From assembly GCA_030295235.1 (NCBI GenBank), contig AP026164.1, positions 1,922,001 to 1,986,000 on the forward strand: a stretch of 64,000 bases of DNA, in the 5' to 3' direction. This DNA is from Fistulifera solaris (Eukaryota). Both the position numbers and the translations under genes were made by a program. Shown in pieces: positions 38,301 through 50,117 of this stretch (position 1 is the first letter of the stretch; each line of letters begins with the position of its first letter). The notes beneath the pieces are model-generated. The model was not told where the DNA came from. It worked only from the letters and a program-made list of their open reading frames with translations, and made no database searches.

Positions 38301-41300
38301 TCACCCAGCTCAACACCTAGTCAGGAGCCAAGCTCTGAGCCTAGTTCTGCTCCAAGTGTTTCACCTAGCGCGGCACCCTCTTCGGTACCATCGGTCACAC
38401 CGAGCGTTGAGCCGAGTTCGAGTCCTAGCTCTGCTCCTAGCTCCAGTCCAAGTGAAACACCAAGCTCCGGCCCAAGCTCCTCACCAAGTTCCACACCGAG
38501 CTCAAGTCCAAGCGGAACCCCAAGCTCTTCGCCCAGCTCTACTCCCTCTTCGAGCCCAAGCTCTACGCCGAGCTCGATGCCTAGCTCTACTCCAAGCAGT
38601 TCACCGAGCGCGGCACCGAGCTCTTCGCCGAGTTCCAGCCCAAGTTCGACACCCAGCTCCAGCCCGAGTTCCAGTCCTAGTTCGGCTCCCAGCTCTGAGC
38701 CAAGCTCGAGTCCGAGTGTAACTCCTTCTTCGACTCCTAGTGGCGAGCCTTCATCTGCACCTAGCGTTGAGCCGAGTGGCGCTCCGAGTGTGACACCAAG
38801 CGCTTCTCCTTCTTCGACTCCTTCGTCGACTCCAAGTGTCAGCCCGTCGTCTGTACCCAGTGCTTCTCCTTCAACTACTCCAAGTGGAAGTCCAAGCATT
38901 GCGCCGTCGGCTACACCGAGTCAGGAACCCAGCTCTTCGCCGAGTGCTACACCATCTGTGTCTCCTAGCGCGGGTCCGTCGTCGAGTCCTAGTGTCAGTC
39001 CGTCTGCTGCGCCAAGCGTTTCTCCGAGTGCCGGACCCACTCCGGAAGGCGAGAAGGCTCCGAGTGAAGTGCCCAGTTCTTCTCCCACGGATAGTCCTGC
39101 ACCAAGTGGAGCTCCGAGCGAAGCACCAAGCAGTGCCCCTAGCGAGTCCCCTAGTGTAGCACCAAGCGAATCACCAAGCGAGGTGCCGAGCTCGATGCCT
39201 AGCAGTTCGCCGAGCAGCTCGCCTAGTGAATCACCGAGTGTATCGCCAAGTATTGCCCCGAGCACGGAGCCTAGTTCTGTCCCAAGCACTGAGCCAAGTG
39301 CACAACCAAGTTCTGCTCCATCCTTGACCCCAAGTTCTTCACCAAGCGCAACTCCTAGCGCGACACCAAGCTCTTCGCCGAGCTCATCACCAAGCTCTGC
39401 TCCTAGTTCAACGCCCAGCTCTGCTCCGTCCTCTAGCCCAAGTTCTTCCCCTTCTTCGAGCCCCAGTTCGGCTCCTAGTGCCAAACCCAGTTCTACTCCA
39501 AGCACTTCCCCGAGTGAAACTCCTAGTTTAGCTCCTAGTTCCAGTCCAAGTTCGGCACCCAGCTCCAGCCCGAGTTCCAGTCCTAGCGCTTCTCCTTCGT
39601 CGGCTCCTAGTGGCGAGCCTTCATCTGCACCCAGCGTTGAGCCGAGCAGCACGCCGAGTGTGACACCAAGCGCTTCTCCTTCTTCGACTCCTTCGTCAAC
39701 TCCAAGTGTCAGCCCGTCGTCTGAACCCAGTGCTTCTCCTTCAACTACTCCAAGTGGAAGTCCAAGCATTGCGCCGTCGGCTACACCGAGTCAGGACCCC
39801 AGCTCTTCGCCGAGTGCTACACCATCTGTGTCTCCTAGCGCGGGTCCGTCGTCGAGTCCTAGTGTCAGTCCGTCTGCTGCGCCAAGCGTTTCTCCGAGTG
39901 CCGGACCCACTCCGGAAGGCGAGAAGGCTCCGAGTGAAGTGCCCAGTTCTTCTCCCACGGATAGTCCTGCACCAAGTGGAGCTCCAAGCTCTTCCCCAAG
40001 TGTTGGACCAAGCGCGTCTCCTAGTTCTGTCCCGAGTCTGATGCCGAGCGCAACACCAAGCGGTTCTCCGAGTGGATCACCCAGCTCTGCCCCGAGTCAA
40101 GAACCTAGCTCTGAGCCTAGTTCTGCTCCAAGTGTTTCACCTAGCGCGGCACCCTCTTCGGTACCATCGGTCACACCGAGCGTTGAGCCGAGTTCGAGTC
40201 CTAGCTCTGCTCCTAGCTCCAGTCCAAGTGAAACACCAAGCTCCGGCCCAAGCTCCTCCCCGAGTGAAACACCTAGTTTAGCTCCTAGTTCCAGTCCAAG
40301 TTCGGCACCCAGCTCCAGCCCGAGTTCCAGTCCTAGCGCTTCTCCTTCGTCGGCTCCTAGTGGCGAGCCTTCATCTGCACCCAGCGTTGAGCCGAGTGGC
40401 GCTCCGAGTGTGACACCAAGCGCTTCTCCTTCTTCGACTCCTTCGTCGACTCCAAGTGTAAGCCCGTCGTCTGTACCCAGTGCTTCTCCTTCAACTACTC
40501 CAAGTGGAAGTCCAAGCATTGCGCCGTCGGCTACACCGAGTCAGGAACCCAGCTCGTCGCCGAGTGCTACACCATCTGTGTCTCCTAGCGCGGGTCCGTC
40601 GTCGAGTCCTAGTGTCAGTCCGTCTGCTGTGCCAAGCGTTTCTCCGAGTGCCGGACCCACTCCGGAAGGCGAGAAGGCTCCGAGTGAAGTGCCCAGTTCT
40701 TCTCCCACGGATAGTCCTGCACCGAGTGGAGCTCCGAGCGAGTCTCCCAGTGAAGGTCCTAGCTCTTCACCAAGCATTAGCCCCAGCGTTGAGCCAAGCT
40801 CATCTCCAAGTCTTTCACCAAGCGGGGCCCCCAGCTCTGCCCCGAGTCAAGAACCTAGCTCGGAACCCAGTTCCGCTCCTAGTTTGACTCCAAGTTCCGT
40901 TCCAAGCTCGACTCCTAGTGTAACGCCAAGCTCCATGCCAAGCGTGTCACCTAGTGCAGCACCGAGTGCAGTGCCTAGCTCTTCGCCCAGCTCTGCTCCC
41001 AGTTCCACACCAAGCGTAGCACCGAGTGGCTCGCCTTCTTCGGTACCCAGCACCAAGCCCTCATCTTCGCCCAGTTTGGAACCTAGCAGCGTACCAAGTG
41101 TGACACCAAGTGCTACACCTTCGTCGGTACCTTCGGCGATCCCCAGCTCAGTTCCTTCTTCAGTTCCAAGCATTTCGCCTTCCTCTGAACCAAGTGTAGA
41201 ACCCAGCGTTGCGCCGTCGTCTACACCCAGTCAGGAACCCAGCTCGTCACCAAGTGCTACCCCATCAGTTGCTCCTAGCGCCAGACCTTCCTCCAGCCCT

Positions 41301-44300
41301 AGTGTCAGTCCGTCTGCTGCTCCAAGCGTTTCTCCAAGTGCCGGACCGACCCCGGAAGGCGAGAAGGCTCCGAGTGAAGTGCCCAGTTCTTCTCCCACGG
41401 ATAGTCCTGCACCGAGTGGAGCTCCGAGCGAGTCTCCCAGTGAAGGTCCTAGCTCCTCACCCAGTTCCGGTCCTAGTTCAATGCCAAGCACGTCGCCTAG
41501 CATTTCGCCAAGTGGAGCCCCCAGCTCTGCCCCGAGTCAAGAACCTAGCTCGGAACCCACTACTTCGCCCAGCGTAGCCCCTACTGCTTCACCATCTGCC
41601 GTGCCATCATTGGCACCAACTCGTGAGCCAAGTTCTTCTCCAACGTCTTCACCAACCTCGTCTCCAAGTTCTTCTCCCAGTGACACGCCATCAACTGTCC
41701 CTAGCAGTGCACCGTCTGCTGTCCCAACATTTTCACCGACGAACAAGCCATCTTCACAGCCATCCGATGAACCTAGCTCGACACCAACGAATGCGCCAAC
41801 AAGCTCGCCTACAGCAGCTCCGTCAATGGACAGTGATGCGCCAAGTGAAGCACCGAGTGAATCGCCTAGTGAAGCTCCAAGTTCTGCTCCTAGCGACTTT
41901 GACGAAGACGCCACTAACTTCCCAACGGAGCTTCCCACAGCAGCTTCGTCAATTGACAGTGATGCGTCAAGTGAAGCACCGAGTGAATCGCCTAGTGAAG
42001 CTCCAAGTTCTGCTCCAAGCGAATTTGACGAAGACGCCACTAACTTCCCAACGGAGCTTCCCAGCGAAGCGCCAGTTCTGTCGTTCGAATCCGGTGGACT
42101 GTCTGGTAACCAAGGAGCTCCATCTGCTGAGCCGTCCTCGTCTCCAATCGCAATTCCCTGGACAGCAGCTGAACCTATTTGCGAAATGAAACCAAAGCTC
42201 GAAGACAGTTCGTTAGGACTTGACGGGCCCGGCCACCCAGACGATGACGCCGTGCCGGCACGTGTGGTTTCCATGAGTTCCACCGCGGCTCAAGTTCGTT
42301 TCGCCATTGACAATGTCTGGAAAGCCACAGCAGGCAACATTGACAGTATCCGCGTGTTGTACTCGTCCACGGACCAAGGAATGCTTTGCTCGAAATTTTC
42401 AGATATTCAGAGCTCTACTCCTGAGATGGAGGCCATGTGTATCGACGGCAAAGCTGAGGTTGCTGTCTTCGTGAGCGATTCCTCATTTGCTGGAGTTCAG
42501 GATGTTTCCAGCCTCGTGCCAAATGCATGCATCGATACCGATGGGGGAGTAGAGGGAATGAGTGGAAATACCGTCATGTTCGTATTCTACGTACCGTGTG
42601 ATGCTAATGATGAATCGTGGTGTGTACCAGGCACGATGTGCCCGGATTCCCAAGCTCCCTCTACCGGCCCATCCCCGATTCCCTCTGCTGCGCCTTCCCC
42701 GTCGCCGTCCGCAGGCCCAACGTGGACCGCTGCTGAGTCGATTTGCGTCATGCAGGCCAAGATGGATGAAAGCTCATTGAGTCCCGACGGTCCGGGCCAC
42801 CCTGAAGACAACGCTGTCCCAGCCCGAGTGATTAGCATGAGTTCAGCTGCAGATGAAGTGAAGTTTGCAATCGATAATGTGTGGGGAAGCTCCTCAATTG
42901 ACAAAGTCCGCGTCGTGTACGAATCCACAAGCCAGGGAATGGTTTGCTCAAGGTACTCGAACGTCGAAAACTCGACTCCTGAGATTTCGGCCAAGTGCAC
43001 GAATGGAATTGCGGAAGTTGCTGCTTTTGTCAGTGATTCTTCTTTCGCTGGTGTACAGGACGTATCCAGTCTCTTGCCAAGTGGTTGTTCTAAGATCGTC
43101 GCCGACGGTGACGTTAATGACTGGGATTTGGATGGAAGTCATTCGGCTCCTATCTACAACAGTGGCAACCCGGACCCGTCCTTTAGCGGCTTCCTTGAAG
43201 CTGGTAAGGCTTACACCGAGTACGACTGTCATACTCAAACTCTTTGCGTGTTGGTGATGGTCAAGGATGGCCTTGTCATTGATAGATCCATGGACAACAT
43301 CTGGATCAAGGATTACAAATCAGGTCTGACAGGAAATAAATACCCAACCAAAGGTGGAGGAATCCAATTCGTGGAAAACGCCAACGGCGCAGCCGTTGGT
43401 TGGGAAGGCTTGTTTCGATGTATCAGGTGTCTCCTCTGGTGGATTGCGTGACTCAATCGAGATCCACACGAACTCGCAGGGAAACACACTTTCCACGGGC
43501 AAGCAAGGAAAAGCTCCACTTATATCTATTGATCTTCAGTGTGCGAGCCAATCAAGTCAGAATATGGTCATGTTTGTGTTCAAGGTTCCTTGCGATCAAG
43601 ATGATACGTCTTGGTGTGTCCCTGGCACATTGTGCCCCGATTCAAGTGTCGCCGGTGCTATTGGCACTGGCTCTGCTTCTTTGGTTGCTTCCACGGAATC
43701 TACTGCCTGCAAACAGGAAGCTCGACTTGACAGTGATTCATCTGAAGATGGAAAGGCGGGTATGTACAGAACAAACCCCATTGTCATCACTGAACAACAA
43801 GGCACAAGCGTTTCTTTCCAAGTTGACCAAACCTGGGATATCTCGGAAGGAGATTCGCTAGATTCGTTAGAAGTATACTACGAAACGATTGGTGAAACAA
43901 TGGAGTGTGTTCAAAGTTCTTCATCCTCTGTACCCACTTTTACGGCCAAATGTTCTAGCGATGTTGCTGAGGTCGCTCTTTTGTTCGCGACAGCTCTTTC
44001 AAGGGTCTCTCCGACGTTTCTTCTACAGTTCCCACAGCATGCTCAGGTGCCTTGAGCCCCGGTGCAACAACAGGAGATCTCGTTATGTTCTTCTTCACTA
44101 TCCCTTGCAATCCAACTGATACAAGCTTCTGCAACGCAGCCGTTGAATCAATTAACGAAGTAACTACCCTTCAAGCCCAAGACGACAAAGAAGATGAAAT
44201 CGCTATCACAACGAATGAAATCACTTGTGGATCGATTCACGAAGAATCTTTCGAGAAGCCAGGTGATGCGTTGTCCTGGGAGGGTGGTTTTGATTCTAAT

Positions 44301-44990
44301 ACGGACATCTTCGGTAACTTCCTTGGTCGTTTTGGAAGCATGAATCCGGAAGCGCAGAAAGTATTCCAGATGCCGGCAGGTGCCAGCTCAGCGACAATCA
44401 GCTTCAAGCTTTACGATATCAATGGCGGCACAGCTGGTGACAACCTTCAATTAGGATTCCAGAATTCATGGGTCGACATCGATCTCAGCAGTGCAGACGA
44501 GCAATATCACCAAGATGAATCAGTTACCCTCAGGGACCGCAGTTACGATAGAGTTGCTTTTGTTGTTACGCCCATTGAAAACGTCTACGTAATCGAGATC
44601 GAGATTCCGAAGCGTTGGTGGGCGACCAATGATAACAAGCTACCCTTCGGATTCAGAGTGAAGTCTTCAAACGATATCAATGACGATAGCTATGGTATCG
44701 ATGACTTCACCGTACAGGTTGACTGCGGCAGTCAAAGACGCGCGATGGATGGTTCTGAACAGCCCCCTGTTTCTGAACCAAGCGAAGAGGGCGAAGACGG
44801 CTCGTACTATTGCAAAGCCTCGGATTACCCGTGCGGTGACGGCATGGACATGGTTCATGTTTGTCATTACTCAACTCGCTTGGGATATCAGACATTCTGT
44901 ATTCCTGAGGAAGATTCTGAAGTGCTTCGCTTCTACGGAAATGATTACTGTGGACCATGCGCAGGCGGTTTCAAAGGGTCTATGGACTAA
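23323..44990 (+). CDS. Giant secreted mucin-like Pro/Ser/Thr-rich glycoprotein (~7,200 aa) with interspersed Cys-rich domains
   Basis: Signal peptide MKVFKANISILLIALVPIVAA and RxL site (CRILQ). ORFs 23323-28917, 28275-30866, 30779-31636, 30894-43451, 43354-44055 and 44052-44990 chain through single-base indels; sister repeats show the intact sequence at ~28252 and ~31559. Five related Cys domains (~25290, ~30450, ~42180, ~42740, ~43705) and a C-terminal Cys domain (YYC...YPC...VCHY...TFC...DYCGPC). No introns evident. Confidence 0.88.
24169..25251 (+). repeat. Coding tandem repeat, ~63 bp (21 aa) unit, 15 GGAK[LV]PT[FY] copies
   Basis: Direct reading of the EKGGAKLPTFTVSEPSASPSG and KEEGGAKLPTFAATEPSASPSG units. 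Confidence 0.95.
27495..41420 (+). repeat. Higher-order coding tandem repeats (~0.7-1 kb units, including exact 978-bp periods) built on a PSxx tetrapeptide
   Basis: Landmark GEK(S/A)PSEVPS recurs 15 times. Identical alternative-frame ORFs start at 34090, 35068 and 36046 (period 978). Confidence 0.95.
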
Positions 44991-45193
44991 CTGTCGATGC
45001 TAGTAGATTGTATAAAAGTAACAAAGTAAATTCATTCGTTACTAATTCAAAATATCTCTAAAGTATCGTCTGGGTCTAAACTAAGATTATCCCATAACAT
45101 CAAGGGAGGCGTGGCTTGAAAAAATGACCAGAAGCTATAAGCGATAACGTAGTCTATTTACAATAGAACATAAATTTGTTCTCGTTAACAAAA

Positions 45194-48100
45194 TTATTTA
45201 TGCAAGGCTGTTCCAGAATTCAAAGGTAATCCGTATTTGCCAGATTGGCCGAACGGATCACTAGCCTGACGAAACTCCCCAGGTACAGTTGGTCCCCTAA
45301 GTCGACCGTCACTGGATGGATCGTTGGTTTCAAGTAGGACTATCGGCTCTCTGTTATCGACTGAATCATTTTTTTTCGAAACGTCATGTTGCCCGATACT
45401 TGACCCCATCATACCAGACATATCGGATATTGTCTTTTTCCTTGATCTGCGACCCCGCCCTCCACGACGATTAGCTTTTTCAACAAGAGCTTGCTGCTGT
45501 GCTTGGTTTTCCAGTAGCAGAGTACGAATGGCTTCTGATGACACCTGCTTCTTGTGTCCATGTCTCATCACTAGACCAGCTTGAATCATAACATGCCCAT
45601 GCTCGTTATTCCCTTCAGCTTCTCGCTGGGCAAGAATTAAGTCCCGTGCGTGGGCAGTTTGCTGCTCCTCGAAACGCTTGGATGCCTCAAGGACAGCAAG
45701 GCGCATTTGACGATGAGCCCTATACAATTGCCTATTGACAACAAGAGCCGACTTCGTGCTATCGTGGAGAACTGCTTCGATATCTGTTCTCTGCTGCCGA
45801 GTCTCAGGAAGCACCATGTCACGTACTACATCAGCGACTTCATGCAAGTCGGCACATTCCTTTTCTTCCACCTTAGTGTCTTTGTCATCAACAGATCTTG
45901 AACGACGACGCGTGTAGGGAGACGGACGGATAGAAAGGCCAGGAAGAAGAAGATTTGGTGATATTTTGTCTTCGGAGTCCAAATTCGACGTTCGCCGGGC
46001 TCCCAGCGGCGTACAGTAATCTTGAGCTCCTCTCTGTGGAGATGCCGGAGGTGTGAGAGAAGCTGCACACCCAGGAACGCCAGGTCCAGAAGATAATATG
46101 TCATGATCATCGTCGTCCATTGTTAATGGGCTATCATGATCCGAAAAGTCAAGTTCCAAGCCTTGAAGGTGCTTCGATTGCTCAGAAAGTATTCCTGACT
46201 TGGAAGCCTGCATTGGCAAAAAACTTGAGCCTATATTTTTCGCATCTTGAACAGTTGAGGCTTCCATCACAGTACCGCGGCCAATACCTTCGGCTGGATA
46301 TCTCTCCAGAGAGAGAGCGTTAACTAGTAATTCATTAGGATGATCCATGACGTCGTTTTCGCTGACAACGTTGAGTTGTGATTTGTTCAATAGAAAATTC
46401 ACCCCTGAACCGTTATCGTCTGTGACGGCAGGGTTTTCCTTAGATTGACCCTTCATCAACAAAAGGAAATCATCATAGGTTACGCGCGCGTGTTGGCACT
46501 TCACGGCCTTCATACTGTCCCCCCACATCTCTCGCATGGCCTCCTCACTTTGAAGCGCGTCACTACCCATCACATCCATTATGTCATCCAAAGTGATATA
46601 CTACAAAAAATGCAAGGAATCAGTAGAGAATGCGGCCAATCCAATTTGAAAATGCACACTTACTCCTTTGTGATCAGAATCTAAGCGATCGAAAGCAAGG
46701 CGGAGATTTCGGTCATCAACGCTACACTGTGAAAGCCCAGCAGCAATGAATTCATGCCAGTGAATTCGAGTCTCCGATTTTCGAACCCGCATGGCGTTGA
46801 AAATATCTTCAACTTCTTCCTCCGTGAGAGCACCAAGCGAGCCTGCTCCAGCATTCGTCATTAGTACCTGTTTGAGTGCAGATAAGGATATTTCTCCGGA
46901 ACCGTCCGTGTCCATCTTCTCAAATTCGCGGCGAAGATCTTTGATCTGATCTGGTAGCAAAGTAAATGATAGAACCTCACAAAGTAATTTTCGCATATCA
47001 GAGTACTCTTTAAAATTCACCAGAGCTTTTACAACATTCGGGTTCAGAGCGTGATCATCTCCCGTTCGTGATCGGCTAGCCCATTCCTGTAACCACGGAT
47101 GTTTCTGCGCTGACCGAGCTGTTGGCCGCTTCTGTGGATCAGTAACAAGCAATTCACGAATGAAATCTCGCGCTGATTTACTAACTTGAGCCCAAATGTC
47201 TGGAGGCGAAAACTGATAAGACCCACTGAGAATATTGGCGCGAACTGTCATCAAGGGTTCCGGGCCACCACATCCACCAAACGGAGGTTCTCCCGAGAGC
47301 AACAAAAATGCAATAACACCAATGGCCCAAATATCGCATCTTTCATCGTAGCGACCTCGGATAACTTCAGGTGCCACTGTATAAGGAGTACCGACAGCTT
47401 CATGCTGCTCTTCGCCAAAGTGAAAGTGCTTGGATAGACCGAAATCAATCATCTTCAACTCAGAGTCGGTGGCATCTGTACTGGAGAACAAAAAGTTCTC
47501 AAGTTTCAAATCGCGATGAATTATGCCGCGCGAATGTAAATAGCGCACTGCAGAAAGCATCTGCTTGACCAAACGCGCACACTCAGCTTCCGTATAGTGA
47601 TAATCAGGCTGCTCATCGAGCCGATCAAAAGTTCGCCTCCTAAGCATAGCTCTTGAACCAAATATATTTCCGAGTGGCTTTCGTATACTTCCTCCAATCG
47701 CACAATATTTGGGTGATCCAACTGGAAAAAGAAACGGCTGAGGTACCGCATCAACGCAGTCAGATTGACCTTACCGTCCTTATTGACGTACCTGACACAT
47801 GATAAATATCTCTTCACGCAGCTGTCTCAATCCTTCTGCCGTTTCGACTAGAGCTAAGTCCAAGACCTTCACAGCATATTTCAATCCGGTTTTCTTGTGA
47901 GTGACAAGACGCACCAACCCCGATATACCCGAGCCTAACACCGGTCCATTGTGAATGCCGTCGTATACCTCTTCAATGGGCTTCCCGAAGGGCACCTCAA
48001 TGTGTACAACATTTTGACGGAGATCACCCACTTCTCGACGATCTTCAATCATCGTGTCCAAACCGATGGCTGATGTGCTGTGTGAAAGTGCCTTGGGGTT

Positions 48101-48557
48101 GGAGAGCTGTCGACGATGGCGTTCTTTATTACCACCTGACTTGCCAGATTGCGTAGACGAATCATCGTCACTACTGTGTAATTCCGGAGTAGAAGCACCA
48201 GAAGCATACGAAGCAAAGCGTCCGCGCATGTTATCATCGTTCGAAACGCTTTCCGATTGAGTATTCGTGCCCGGAATGAGCGGCGGTCTTGCACCCGGTA
48301 GTTTTTTCGGGTGCAGCTCCCTTGTCCGGCTGCTGCTTGCTTAGTTCTAAGACCTTTTTAACGTTTGAGGGAACAATTTTGCTAGTTTCTGGACGAGTCG
48401 AAACCACAGACTTGGGAGAACCTTGTAGGACAATAAACGAAATAGTTAAGGTCTAAGGCCGTTCGCATTCTGGACGGAAAAACCAAACGTACAAAATTGA
48501 CCTACCATTCGATGCCGACGACACAGCCGCAGCTTCGCTACTTTGACAGCCTCCCAT
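45194..48557 (-). CDS. Calcium-dependent protein kinase-like (CDPK/CRK-type) with long C-terminal extension
   Basis: MGGCQSS start at 48557. Kinase motifs [22 protein letters not shown] and [11 protein letters not shown]-hand-like DTDGSGEIS and DSDHKGYIT. Introns at 48422-48505, 47722-47791 and 46601-46663. Indels near 48340 and 47630. Confidence 0.92.
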
Positions 48558-50117
48558 TGTTGATAATACGGCAAAAAGCAAGCTGATGAATGTTAACTTT
48601 AAGTCTGTTGAATTGCAATAGTAAGAAAAGCAGTGTTGGTTCACACCGAGAGCGAGTAAGAAGAAAACTATTCACGCTCTTCCTTCGCCACACAAGAGAG
48701 CCGGCTCTGTTTTTGGCGTTTTGCTTTTGGCACAATGAGGAACTCGCGCCCGAAAGTACAATTTGTTGTAGAAAGCTACGTGCGCATGTGCGATGTTTAG
48801 TTCAAACTTCTTTTGTTCACCACCGGGGGGTCAGAAGTCAGAAGGACGACGCAACGAAAATTATTTTTTAAAGAGGGACTTTCCCCGTACATTTCATACA
48901 GCCGAAAAGAGTCTCCCAACCGGCAACGAAAATTTTGTACTCCGTATACGACAAAATGAGTGGTCCTTCGGAATCCAAGAGAAGGAATGCCAAGACGGTT
49001 TCCCCCTAATTGGGAAACGGGCTCTCGACTTGCCCTCTACTAGCACCTACCACTCTCTAGAGAGCTAGGGCTAGAAGCTAGAACCACAGCCTACTCAGCG
49101 AATTGCCAGATTGATATATATGTGACAAAATGAAACGAAAAATGGAAAATTCAGTCGAATGTCAAAATTGAATTCTGACTTTAGGAAATTAGTGAATAAT
49201 TATTAGTTCTAAAGATTAAAGATGTGGGTGTGACCAAAAAAACCAAAAATGGAAAATGCAGTGTTAGGTTGGTTGGTTAACGGGCTCCAGGATGAGCAGA
49301 GCAATGCAGAACCTTTAGGGGTGGACCGAGGTCACTGTAACCCCGGCAGAGGCCACTCTGCCCATCCCGTTTGCTCATTGCTATCGTACTTAATCTCTAG
49401 ACTACTATTATCGTCTTCCTCAGGTAGCTGGTCTTTATCCCACCACTATAAAAGGAATAGATAAAGGTAGAAAGAGAAAGTGTTCTAGCGTGTGTTTTTG
49501 CGAAAATGAAAATCCGGCGTACGGTGCGACGTACGGGGAGGCAACGGAAAATTCAGTGGATTCTGACTTTAGAAATTAGGAATAAATTTTTTTTTTTTTT
49601 TTACGTACGGTGAATAAGCGCCAAATTCTACTTTGCACTCTATACAGTTTTGTGTACCTTCTTTGATGATGGTGATATTGCCATCAAGAGCGAAATCCAA
49701 AGGAAGTGAAATAATAATGACGATGAACACATAACAATTGTGATTAATGATTATTCTCGTCCTTTACCGCCTTTGCCAATGTAAACCAGGCGAACAAGAT
49801 GAAGCACTGTTGGCAACTCCGTCGACAATTAAGGATTATTTTATGTCCAACCTTCGTCCACTATGTGTTGGTGCGTTCTCCTATCGATTCCTTCCGTTTT
49901 CGATTCACGATGCGAATGCATTGCTGGGAAAAGTCCACTGCCTGGCACACAATTGCTATCTACATATCCAGCCTCGATCATAACAACAATCAACCTTTTC
50001 TCGATAGGTTTAAAAAGGCGAGCGGTGGTCTAAGGTCGATGTGCTCCATTGAATAGGCGCCAAAGAAAGTAAAGTGAATTTTAATTCAATTGGACATGAA
50101 CATCTCGCGCCAGCACT

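Noticed and set aside
24169..41420. Tandem arrays as CRISPR or satellite DNA
   Set aside because: Unit lengths are multiples of 3 within a coding frame, there are no unique spacers or cas genes, and the context is eukaryotic.
24150..42283. Long antisense ORFs (GELG/LGV-rich) and Arg/Leu-rich alternative-frame ORFs
   Set aside because: They are shadows of the PSxx codon repeat and show no independent protein features.
49255..49325. Telomerase RNA template (minus-strand AACCTAAC or CCCTAAA)
   Set aside because: Neither gives a 1.5-repeat TTAGGG template, and the first lies next to the putative 3' end.
49279..49430. Hammerhead or HDV ribozyme, U1/U4 snRNA, or RNase P/MRP identity for the structured region
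   Set aside because: CUGAGGA lacks the GAAA after stem II, the HDV P1.1/P2 pairings fail, and snRNA or P4 resemblances are only a few bases.
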